Assembly (NCBI GenBank): GCA_038883435.1
Contig: JAVZMD010000002.1
Span: 1-38,958, forward strand
DNA length: 38,958 bases
From: Thermoproteota archaeon
GTDB taxonomy: Archaea; Thermoproteota; EX4484-205; JAAOZP01
Reading direction: 5' to 3'
A program made the position numbers and the translations under genes. Below, piece after piece: positions 17,496 through 26,215 of the stretch. The notes beneath the pieces are model-generated. The model had not been told where the DNA came from, did no database searches, and saw only the letters and a program-made list of their open reading frames with translations. Position 1 is the first letter of the stretch, and the number at the start of each line of letters is the position of its first letter.

Positions 17496-17580
17496 GCGGG
17501 GGTCGCGTAGCCTGGCCAATCGCGCGAGGCTTAGGACCTCGTCCCGTAGGGGTTCGTGGGTTCAAATCCCACCCCCCGCA
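17496..17580 (+). tRNA. tRNA-Leu(UAG), class II with a long variable arm
   Basis: Acceptor GCGGGGG/CCCCCGC, anticodon arm CGAGG-CTTAGGA-CCTCG, long variable arm (TCCCGTAGGGGTTC), T arm GTGGG-TTCAAAT-CCCAC, discriminator A. Confidence 0.88.
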
Positions 17581-17794
17581 CTATTTTTACTGGTAAAAAC
17601 TCATGTACGCGTTTATCCTTAATTAATCATGAGTTTTGGATAATTAATGATAAGGATTCGTTGCCAAAATCCACCGAATTGACAGCAATATAAGTATCGC
17701 ATTTTCTAGCTTGTAAAAACGAATAATCTAATGAGCATGCAAAATAATTTAAAGTATTGTTATGGTATTCCGATAAATCTGAGGAGGGCTTTAA

Positions 17795-18772
17795 ATGCAC
17801 ACTGAGACAATTACTTTGGGTGAAATATTAGTTGAGATTATGCGGAAGGATCGCGATGTACCACATGATGTTCCCGGGGTATACTTGGGGCCTTATCCGA
17901 GTGGTGCACCAGCTATCTTCATAGATGCTATGGCAAATTTTGGAGTCAGCTCTGGCATCATTGGTGTAGTGGGCGAAGACGATTTTGGTGAACTACTGCT
18001 AAATCGTCTAAGAAAAGACGGGGTTGATGTAAGTCATATTCGTGTAATGAGGGGGTATACAACAGGTACAACTTTCGTCATGTATTACTCATCTGGAGAG
18101 AGAAAGTTCATATTTCATCTCCGTCATTCCGCAGCTGGACAGCTTTCTCCAGAGGATGTGGAGGAGGAATATGTGGCTAAATCTCGGCTCTTACACATTA
18201 TGGGTTCATCATTAGCAGTTAGCGAAAGCAGTAAAAATGCCTGCTATAAAGCTGCAGAGATAGCTAGAGACTCAAATGTCATGATAACGTTCGATCCGAA
18301 TCTTAGACCTGAACTCTTAGATGTTGAGACGATTAGAGAGATATGTATGCCTATGATTAGACTTTGTAAGGTTATACTTCCAAGCAGGGGAGAGGCCACA
18401 GCTCTCTCAGGAGTCAAAGACCCCGTTGAGGCAGGAAAGAAACTCGTCAATATGGGGCCAGAATTAGTAGTCATGAAAATGGGTGATAAAGGTGCAGTTG
18501 CAATCACGGAGGAAGAAGTTTTCTTTGAGCCTCCATTCGAGGTTAATGAGGTTGACCCAACGGGTGCGGGAGACGTTTACGATGCAGCGTTCATCTACGG
18601 ATTACTTAAAAATTGGCCTTTAAGCAAGACCATGGAGTTTGCAAGCGCATCTGGGGCTATAAAAGTCACAAAGTTCGGACCCATAAACGGTCCTTCATCT
18701 ATTAAAGAAGTTGAGGAATTCATTAAGAAAAATAGGAAAAAGACTTTGGATTTAAATAAGGTCAGAGTCTAG
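17795..18772 (+). CDS. PfkB/ribokinase-family carbohydrate kinase; substrate unknown
   Basis: GEILVEIM N-terminus, GPYPSGAPAIF, and the C-terminal DPTGAGDVYDAAF (DTxGAGD-type) motif. Confidence 0.8.
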   Translation: MHTETITLGEILVEIMRKDRDVPHDVPGVYLGPYPSGAPAIFIDAMANFGVSSGIIGVVGEDDFGELLLNRLRKDGVDVSHIRVMRGYTTGTTFVMYYSSGERKFIFHLRHSAAGQLSPEDVEEEYVAKSRLLHIMGSSLAVSESSKNACYKAAEIARDSNVMITFDPNLRPELLDVETIREICMPMIRLCKVILPSRGEATALSGVKDPVEAGKKLVNMGPELVVMKMGDKGAVAITEEEVFFEPPFEVNEVDPTGAGDVYDAAFIYGLLKNWPLSKTMEFASASGAIKVTKFGPINGPSSIKEVEEFIKKNRKKTLDLNKVRV

Positions 18773-19706
18773 GTGCAATGCTAAAGATTCCCCTAACAAC
18801 TTTGTCAGTAAAGTTCTGATACTGGTGTTTAATTCCTTCTGGGATCAGCATCACAGCGCCCTCTGGAACCTCGTAAGCATCGAGTTTATCTGGCAGAAAT
18901 ACGGTTATAGGTCCCGAAGCAGCATAAAGTACTTCATCCCCTTCATGCGTTTCTGGCTCAGAGGTTCGCGGCCCCTCCCCACCGGGTGGAAGTTCAAACT
19001 CACCCATATGACAGAGATCATTACTCACATAAAACCTTACAATCATTGGATGATTCTTTCCATGTATAAGGGTTAACATCTTATTTGCATCAATCTTAAT
19101 ATGCTCTTTTAATCTCCTAGCCTCATTTCCGTCAATTGGCCATCGTCCTAAAAGGTCTATATTTCTCCTTGGACTAGCCCAAGGCTTTTCTGGAATATCC
19201 TCTATTGGGCCTATGTAATTCTTGTACATTTTCGCCTCCTTCTCTAGGGGAGGAGCTGGCCCCTTCTTAGGATCCCACATGAGTGGAGCTATTAAACATA
19301 GTACTTTTACTACCTTGTCCGTGAAGTTATAGCCTTGATGATAACTATCCTTAGGTATAAGTAACGCCTCGCCTTTATGAACCTCGTTTACGGTTCCAGT
19401 CTCGGGAGCTAAAACGGTCAGCGTTCCTTCAAGCACATAGTAGATTTCATCACCCGCATGAGCATCAGGAGGGCCAAAGAAAGCGCCGGGTGAAAGCTGA
19501 TACATTGTTTGTGTGATTTTATCAGTACTCACCCAAACCCAAACAATATTGCTTGAATACGGCTTATCAGGGGGATATATCTCAACAATCGTCTTATCCT
19601 TAGTAACTACTACTGGCCTCTTTTTATCTGGGGGGAAAGGGTGTTTATAATAGTACCTGTAAGACACGCCCTCTTCTCTTTCGAGAACACTCATCGACAT
19701 CACCAC
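18762..19706 (-). CDS. Bicupin (two cupin_2-like domains); function unknown
   Basis: Two cupin cores (HAGDEIYYVLEGTLTV...H and HEGDEVLYAASGPITVF...IPEGIKH). Converges on the kinase gene with an 11-nt overlap. Confidence 0.65.
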   Translation of the reverse strand: MVMSMSVLEREEGVSYRYYYKHPFPPDKKRPVVVTKDKTIVEIYPPDKPYSSNIVWVWVSTDKITQTMYQLSPGAFFGPPDAHAGDEIYYVLEGTLTVLAPETGTVNEVHKGEALLIPKDSYHQGYNFTDKVVKVLCLIAPLMWDPKKGPAPPLEKEAKMYKNYIGPIEDIPEKPWASPRRNIDLLGRWPIDGNEARRLKEHIKIDANKMLTLIHGKNHPMIVRFYVSNDLCHMGEFELPPGGEGPRTSEPETHEGDEVLYAASGPITVFLPDKLDAYEVPEGAVMLIPEGIKHQYQNFTDKVVRGIFSIAPRL

Positions 19707-20132
19707 TTAGATTTAAGAACAAATTTTTAAAAAGCTTGCGCCTAACACTAAAAACTTCGCTAATATAGGAAGATAGTGGACCGTGAGAAATCTGGTTAAA
19801 GTTTCCACCTTAGATTGAAAGATTTTCATCTAAAACATCTTCAATAGTAGCACTAGGGCTGCTAGCTGATGTCACAACAAATATTATTATATTTATTAAT
19901 TCAAGCTAAATATATTAAGAGACATCCTCAATGGGAGCTATGAAAAACATTCTCCTACTGGAAGGTTCAACATATGCCTGTTTTATAAGTCGTTACTAAA
20001 AGGAATCCATGTCTTCCTTATATCCATATCTTGGATTTTTCCTTTTTCTTGTGAAGGATTCTCAAATCATTATAGTAAAAAGATGACTAAAAAGTTAATA
20101 AGCAAAATATTATAGTGTAAAAGTTTGGGAAG

Positions 20133-20846
20133 ATGAGTAGGTCTAAAGCAAACATTGCACCTCGTTTTTTAATAATAGCACTTCTTCCATTGTTGTTGAA
20201 TATTGTAATAACGCCGATGTTTATAGCGCTACTGGTATCTATGCAAGAATTTATGGAGAAACCTTTCTACTACACATACACATATGGTCCCTTGCTCTGG
20301 TCCATGTATCATGTTCTACTCGCCCTTTTAGTATGGCGTTTCCTTAGAGACGAGGAACAGTCGATCGAACTGATAGTCGGACCCAGAAGAATATCGTTGA
20401 AACATATAATTCTTATTTTCGGATTACTCCTGTTATCGTTCTTAATCTTTCAAATACTGGAGCCTATGGTTAGCAACCTAATCTATGGACCTGGGATGAT
20501 GAAACAGTTACTAAGCGAGTATAAAAGTGTCCCCATCACTATAATTGTATACACCATAGTTGTTACTTCTCTAACTGCTGGAGTATGCGAAGAACTAATA
20601 TGGCGCGGGTATCTTCAAACCAGGTTGGAGAATAGGTTTATCGGCAGACCATGGATTGCTGTAACGATTCAAGCTGTGTTCTTCGGTTTGTGGCATGGTC
20701 CGTCTCTACATGCTGTTTTTACAGGATTATCCGGCTTCATATACGGGTTAATATACACTAAGACAAGGAAGCTACTGCCAATAATGATAAGCCATTGGCT
20801 GGGAGATGTCCTAGGATTCTCCTACATGTACTTCGCAATGGTTTAA
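20133..20846 (+). CDS. CPBP-family intramembrane glutamic endopeptidase (CAAX protease/Abi-like)
   Basis: Polytopic protein with motifs CEELIWRGY (EExxxR), FFGLWH (FxxxH) and SHWLGD (HxxxN/D). Confidence 0.8.
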   Translation: MSRSKANIAPRFLIIALLPLLLNIVITPMFIALLVSMQEFMEKPFYYTYTYGPLLWSMYHVLLALLVWRFLRDEEQSIELIVGPRRISLKHIILIFGLLLLSFLIFQILEPMVSNLIYGPGMMKQLLSEYKSVPITIIVYTIVVTSLTAGVCEELIWRGYLQTRLENRFIGRPWIAVTIQAVFFGLWHGPSLHAVFTGLSGFIYGLIYTKTRKLLPIMISHWLGDVLGFSYMYFAMV

Positions 20847-20913
20847 ATCTACTAACATACCTGTTTCTATTGGAAGCTATTAATCGTCTTGAATTAAATT
20901 TATAATTGGCCGT

Positions 20914-21597
20914 TTGAAAAATTCAGATATGCTATTTCCCGAATTGAGGGCTAAAATAGCCAAAGTCTTCCGTTTACTTAATGAGACAAGTCTTACTTTT
21001 GGATTCTCTGGAAATATTAGTGTTAGAGCTCCTGAAGATGGTCTTTTCATAATAACTCCGAGTGGTTTAAAAAAAGCTAGGTTAAATCCAGAAGATATGG
21101 TTATTGTAAATAATGAGGGTAAAGTGTTGGAAGGTATTAGAAAACCCTCAATTGAAACCCCTATGCATCTTGCAATCTACGGAAATAGGAAAGATGTTAA
21201 GGCGATTGTTCACGCCCATCCCGTTTACTCAACTGTTTTTGCAGTAACCGGTATTGACATAACGCCTATAACAGAGGAGATGGTCCTCTACACTGGCGGG
21301 GAGGTTAGGGTTGCTGAGTATGCGTTATTTGGAACAGAGGAGCTTGCTAGAAACGTTCTGGAAGCTCTTGGAAACAGGAGGGCTGTCCTTCTCAGGAACC
21401 ATGGCATAGTAACATGTGGAAGAGACCTTGACGAAGCGATTGACGTTTTACTCTGTGTAGAGAGAGAGGCGAAAATAATAATTCTATCAAAGCTTCTTGG
21501 AGAACCCAAGCCTCTACCTAAGTATACAGTGGATTTTGAGAAGAATATGTATGAAGAACAACTTAGAACATGGTTTTCAACCGAAGGAGGTTATTAG
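20914..21597 (+). CDS. Class II aldolase/adducin-domain protein (FucA/MtnB/DrdA-like)
   Basis: SGNISVR, IETPMHLAIY, VHAHPVYSTVFA and RNHGIVTCG blocks. The track start is TTG at 20914; an ATG at 20929 is also possible. Confidence 0.8.
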   Translation: MKNSDMLFPELRAKIAKVFRLLNETSLTFGFSGNISVRAPEDGLFIITPSGLKKARLNPEDMVIVNNEGKVLEGIRKPSIETPMHLAIYGNRKDVKAIVHAHPVYSTVFAVTGIDITPITEEMVLYTGGEVRVAEYALFGTEELARNVLEALGNRRAVLLRNHGIVTCGRDLDEAIDVLLCVEREAKIIILSKLLGEPKPLPKYTVDFEKNMYEEQLRTWFSTEGGY

Positions 21598-21739
21598 CTT
21601 TTAGAAAGTATTGTCATGTGTAGAAACCTGTTTTAGCAGTGTAAGCAATAAAGTAAATTTTAGGGAATGCTTACAAACGTTTTTCACCTTAAATTGTTAA
21701 AAATGCTAATAAACAGAGAAAATCGTTAGAAAATCTGGA

Positions 21740-23053
21740 ATGGATGGTAAAGGGGGAATAATGTCTTCCAGGAAGCTTTTAGCCTTATTGATTGGACTTG
21801 TATTGCTATGCTTACTTGTCTTCACAATTGCGATTCAACTGGAAAAGCAAACCGAGCAAGTTGAAAAACCTGAGACGCCTCCAGAAACTCCGCAACTCAA
21901 AGAAGGCTCTGAACAAGCAGAAGTACAAAAAGAAACAGAGCCTCCGCAAACCTTACCGCCAGAAGTAGAGGAGTCTACTGAACAACAACCTTCAGAAGTC
22001 CAAGAACAGCAAGGGGAAAATCAGCAATTAGGGCAACCTGAACAACTAGCAGAAATCAAGGAGCAGGGATCAGAGCCTTCTTTGAGGAATTTTGCGAAAT
22101 ACTGCGGTATAGCGATAGGCACGTGCGTAAGTTATAATCCTCTTAAATTCGACCAGAATTACAGAGAAATCTTGATTAGAGAATTTAGCGTAGTAACACC
22201 TGAGAACGAGATGAAGTTTGAATACGTCCATCCTTTCCGTGAAACATACAACTTCCGTCTTGCAGATGAAATCGTAAAGTTTGCAGAAGAGAATGGGATT
22301 AAGGTGAGGGGGCACTGCCTAGTGTGGCATCAACAGTTACCAAGCTGGATTATAAAGGGAGAATTCACCAGAGAGGAATTAATGAGTATTCTGAAGGAGC
22401 ATATTTACACTGTCGTAGGAAGATACAAGGGTAGGGTATACGCTTGGGATGTTGTGAATGAAGCAATAGCTGACGACGGCTCTTTAAGGAAGAGCATTTG
22501 GCTAGAGAAAATAGGTGCTGAATACATTGAATTGGCCTTTAAATGGGCTCATGAAGCCGATCCGAATGTATTACTGTTTTATAACGACTATGGAATAGAG
22601 GAAATTAATAGGAAGTCTAATGCAGTTTACGAACTCTTAAAAGAACTCTTAAGGAAAGGAGTGCCAATCCATGGAGTCGGTTTCCAGACTCATTTAACAT
22701 TAGAAAGGCCGCCTAATCCTGAAAATGTTGCTAGGAACATAAAGAGGTTTGAGGAACTTGGCTTAATAGTGGAAATAACGGAGATGGATATTCGTATAAG
22801 GGAACCAGTTACCGATGAAGAATTAGATAAGCAGGCAGAAATATATAGCAACATTCTAAAAGTCTATCTATCTTCAAGCAATCCAAGAACGTTCATAATG
22901 TGGGGTTTTGTTGATAAATACTCGTGGATAAGCTATACTTTTTCCGGATACGGTTCTGCAACAATATTCGACAACGATTACCAGCCTAAGCCAGCTTATA
23001 ATTCCTTGTTAACAATCTTAGAGGAGTGCTATAAGGGTAGATACGTTCCATAG
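21740..23053 (+). CDS. GH10 endo-1,4-beta-xylanase with an N-terminal TM/signal anchor and a Pro/Glu/Gln-rich linker
   Basis: ENEMKFE, HCLVWHQQLP, WDVVNEA (acid/base Glu), FYNDY and ITEMDI (nucleophile Glu). The true start may be the ATG giving MSSRKLL (~21761). Confidence 0.85.
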   Translation: MDGKGGIMSSRKLLALLIGLVLLCLLVFTIAIQLEKQTEQVEKPETPPETPQLKEGSEQAEVQKETEPPQTLPPEVEESTEQQPSEVQEQQGENQQLGQPEQLAEIKEQGSEPSLRNFAKYCGIAIGTCVSYNPLKFDQNYREILIREFSVVTPENEMKFEYVHPFRETYNFRLADEIVKFAEENGIKVRGHCLVWHQQLPSWIIKGEFTREELMSILKEHIYTVVGRYKGRVYAWDVVNEAIADDGSLRKSIWLEKIGAEYIELAFKWAHEADPNVLLFYNDYGIEEINRKSNAVYELLKELLRKGVPIHGVGFQTHLTLERPPNPENVARNIKRFEELGLIVEITEMDIRIREPVTDEELDKQAEIYSNILKVYLSSSNPRTFIMWGFVDKYSWISYTFSGYGSATIFDNDYQPKPAYNSLLTILEECYKGRYVP

Positions 23054-23310
23054 CCGATTGACTCTTAGCCTAATGCAAATGCATAAGCGAAGGAGTAAAA
23101 GTCGCTCTAGTTAAAAGCAATCTTAACTAACCGTTTGTTTTTTAGGTTACTGAAACAATCTCTTGAAAAAGCATACCGATTCATGTTAAATCCTTGCTAA
23201 AAAAGTTACACATAATACGAAAACTAGAAATGTTCAAAAGTGGCTCAGGCTCAAATGGTTTTAATCTTAATTAAGTGGTCTCGCTCCAAATCCTCTTCGC
23301 GTTTTAAGAT

Positions 23311-24078
23311 TCAGCTAAGCGCTTTCTGTCTTGAGAACAATATTATGCTGACAATACGTGTTAAAAGAGTAATTATTTTGAAAAACAGGGTTGTTAAAAT
23401 AGTCGTATCTGTGAATGTATTTAGTAGGCCTGCTCGGAGAAAATCCACTATGTAAACTAGGGGGTTGATTCTAGCGACCGCAGCTAGCAAATCTGGAAAC
23501 AGATCAATGGGGTAAAACGCTGTACTTGTGAAGATTAAAATGGGCACGAAAAAACTTATCAACGCATTGAATATGTCTTGATCGGTTATTTTTGTTGCAA
23601 TAATCATCGTTACAGATAAGAAAAATATTGTGCCAAGAACCACACCAGTAAAAAATGTTAATATCCCAATTAGGCTTAAGGGGAACCTGAGAATTACGTG
23701 GCTTAGTAAGAGTAGAAAAGTTGTCTGTAATATAACTTGGATTATGGAAGCTATGAACCTGGCAAGGAGGTAGGCTGACTTAGACACGGGGCACGCCATT
23801 AAAAACTCGATCATACCTGTTCTCCTGTCTAAGAATAGTGATATCAGACTACTCATTATACATGTGTTAAGTATAAAAATCGTAAGTATTCCGGGTAAAA
23901 TGAATACCGAATACTCGACATAGACTTCGCCAACTTTAACTGGAGGCATCATTCTACCTAACACGGGTCCAAAGATTAATAGGTATAACAGTGGTTGCAT
24001 AAGTGACAGAAACGGAACTAGCGGCCGCCTCACCCATATTTTCATTTCACGATAAAATAAGGCTAAGATGCCACTCAT
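23311..24078 (-). CDS. ABC-2 type transporter permease
   Basis: 255 aa, about 6 TM segments, typical ABC-2 N-terminus (ALFYREMKIWVRRP). Directly downstream of the ATPase remnant with an overlapping stop/start. Confidence 0.75.
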   Translation of the reverse strand: MSGILALFYREMKIWVRRPLVPFLSLMQPLLYLLIFGPVLGRMMPPVKVGEVYVEYSVFILPGILTIFILNTCIMSSLISLFLDRRTGMIEFLMACPVSKSAYLLARFIASIIQVILQTTFLLLLSHVILRFPLSLIGILTFFTGVVLGTIFFLSVTMIIATKITDQDIFNALISFFVPILIFTSTAFYPIDLFPDLLAAVARINPLVYIVDFLRAGLLNTFTDTTILTTLFFKIITLLTRIVSIILFSRQKALS

Positions 24079-24575
24079 TACTCAAACCTCCTTCCTGTTA
24101 AACGGAGGTACATGTCTTCTAAAGTTGTCTCTCTGGAGATTATTTTTGTAATTCGCAGGCCGAACTTTTTAACAGTTCTCATAACATCCTCGGCTACTGA
24201 CTCGTCTTCAACATAAATGAAAAAGCACCCTGCAGTATAAATTTCCTTTACTCCCGATAAATCATACAAGGCTTTTTTCAATTCACTGAACTCCGCATCA
24301 CTAACGTTTACCACACTCAATTCAATCACTTTGGAGGTTGGTAGAGTACGCATAAGCTGTTGTAGGCTGCCTAATGCTATTATTTTACCCTCATCAATAA
24401 CAGCTATTCTCGAACAAAAGCGCTTCAACTTCTTCCATTGAGTGGGATGTCAGGAAAATAGTTTTCCCCTGTTTGACTCGGATCTGATGATTCCCCAGAG
24501 CCTTCTTCGTGCATATGGGTCTAAACCTAAGGAGGGTTCATCTAGAACAGTAACTGAGAAGGAGATAATCCGACT
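24078..24575 (-). pseudogene. ABC transporter ATP-binding protein, 5'-truncated and frameshifted
   Basis: Reading the minus strand gives VLDEPSLGLDPYARRRLW (Walker B/D-loop), then a frameshift, GKTIFLTSHSMEEVEAL, another frameshift, and CSRIAVIDEGKIIA plus the C-terminal domain. No Walker A or LSGG signature is found upstream. Confidence 0.75.
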
Positions 24576-24775
24576 GCCTTAGAGTGGGAACATGCTAAAG
24601 CTTTCTCGGAAAAAGTTGCCGCCTTATTCTTGCTCCGAGAGAAGCTAGAAAAGAAGAGAGTCTTCTCGCTATCCTTTCCGCTTCATCTAGAAGAAAAGCG
24701 GCTTCAATGAAAATAAGCAGGTGTGGAAGTAGAGAAAGCAATTGAAGAAGCGAGGAAAACAACCGAAGAAGCTTA

Positions 24776-24993
24776 AAGTAGTTCTAGACACTAATATTCT
24801 TGCCTCAGCTCGGCTTTAGTAGGGGGACGAGTCTAAAATCGTTGAAATGATTGAAAACGGCCTTGTTACCGGCTACACCTCGCCCCAGTTAATACAGGAG
24901 TTTGAAAAAGTTATGAATTACCCTAAGTTCAGGCTTTCTGAGGAAGAGATAACGAGCGTTTATTGCCGTGGCAATCGTAGAGTGCAGCTCTAA
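24776..24993 (+). pseudogene. PIN-domain toxin remnant (PIN_3-like), disrupted and truncated
   Basis: KVVLDTNILASA... is followed by tandem stops (TAG TAG), then ...KIVEMIENGLVTGYTSPQLIQEFEKVMNYPKF. Only about half of a PIN domain remains. Confidence 0.55.
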
Positions 24994-25018
24994 AACTTTA
25001 GCCACGGTCTAGCGCGTG

Positions 25019-25384
25019 CTAAGACGTGCCCGACTGCTTCCTACGCAGTAGTTGCTCTATGGCCTTCGAGACAACTTGCTTGCTTTCAACGACGTAATCC
25101 TCAGGCAAGTGGTCCTCGTAGAAGTTTACGTGCAGGCTCTCAGCATGGCGGAAAACCTCCCTAAGCCTTAGGTCAGGGTACTCCTTATCCAGCTCAGCCA
25201 CGAACACGGCTATGCTCCTATGCGTTCCCAGGCTGATTCCCCTTTCCGAAGCCAAGGCCTTCAAGGCTTCCACGAAAGCCCCCCAAATCTTCTCAGACGC
25301 CTGGGGATAATCCTTTTTAACAATAAGCTCCTCAGCCTCCTTCAAATACTTCGCGTTAAGCCTAAGGTAATCCTGCTTAGACAC
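25019..25384 (-). CDS. PaREP1/PaREP8-family protein (HEPN-like helical domain)
   Basis: YLKEAEELIVKKDYPQASEKIWGAFVEALKALASERG and ...FRHAESLHVNFYE match the archaeal PaREP1 pattern. Confidence 0.75.
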   Translation of the reverse strand: MSKQDYLRLNAKYLKEAEELIVKKDYPQASEKIWGAFVEALKALASERGISLGTHRSIAVFVAELDKEYPDLRLREVFRHAESLHVNFYEDHLPEDYVVESKQVVSKAIEQLLRRKQSGTS

Positions 25385-25519
25385 TATTCTACATACGAAT
25401 ATAATCCTTGTTTTTAAGGTTTTTCAAGCTATGGGAAGGTTGACCTCTCGTAACATCACGGCCTAACTTCTTTTACGGCTTTTATCCTACTGCTTTTCTC
25501 CTCTTCCTCAAGCCCAGCT

Positions 25520-25903
25520 TATGCTTCTGATGAGCATTTCCCTGAACTGCTTATCCAGAGCAGGGTGCTGAAATAGGGGAAGCAGAATTTATTGGGGGAG
25601 AGGTTGAGATTGAAGTTACGAAGGAAAGAGTGGACTTAGTCTTCAGGACGAAGGATAATCAACTCGTAATTGCAGAGGCTAAGCAAGACTTCTGAAGAAG
25701 AACTAGCAGAAAACATTAAAAATGGTTTAAACCAATTGAAACGCTATAAAAAGCATATCAAAGAGTATGGTTTTGACTTAACCAAGGAAGGCCTAGGCGT
25801 CGAGAAGGGGGAGAACATTAAGGGTTACATGGTTGTTTACGTTTACTTCGACCTCAAGAATAAAGAGATAGAAGTAGGGTATGAGTTGTTGCCAGAAGGC
25901 TAG
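25520..25903 (+). pseudogene. HsdR-N-like PD-(D/E)xK nuclease-domain gene, frameshifted
   Basis: Three frame segments: ASDEHFPELLIQ..., then ...GEAEFIGGEVEIEVTKERVDLVFRTKDNQLVIAEAKQDF followed by a stop (TGA 25693-25695), then SEEELAENIKNGLNQLKRYKKHI... (track ORF 25670..25903). Confidence 0.6.
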
Positions 25904-25913
25904 GAAATGGCTA

Positions 25914-26156
25914 ATCACGCAACCATCCCCAGGGAATCGACCCCCACTCGAATTTCCAGTCCCTCTCCCTCTCCAACTTCTTAAACTCTTCCCTACTCAG
26001 CACGACCACTGTTATTCGCTCGCCCTCGATCTGACAATATCGGTATCCAGTGTCCTCGATGTAATCGTATTTCAACGCGATCTCGATGCTATGCCTCTTA
26101 CCCTTAAAATTTAAGCTAACCTCTTGTATTAACCACTTCGATCCTTCCGGAGTGAG
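25914..26156 (-). pseudogene. Open 81-codon frame without a start codon (LTPEGSKWLIQEVSLNFKGKRHSIEIALKYDYIEDTGYRYCQIEGERITVVVLSREEFKKLERERDWKFEWGSIPWGWLRD); probable gene fragment
   Basis: Protein-like composition, bounded by TAG at 26157-26159 and the stop at 25911-25913. There is no ATG/GTG/TTG near its 5' end. Confidence 0.3.
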
Positions 26157-26215
26157 CTATCTTGAACTTACGTTCGTAGGCTGGAAAACACCCCTGGATA
26201 TCCTAGCAAGCCTAT

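Noticed and set aside
25530-25585. C/D-box sRNA-like arrangement (CTGATGA ... CTGA ... CTGA)
   Set aside because: The C box lacks the leading purine, the C-to-D' spacing is ~8 nt rather than ~12, and no C' box is present. The sequence is better explained as part of the frameshifted nuclease pseudogene.
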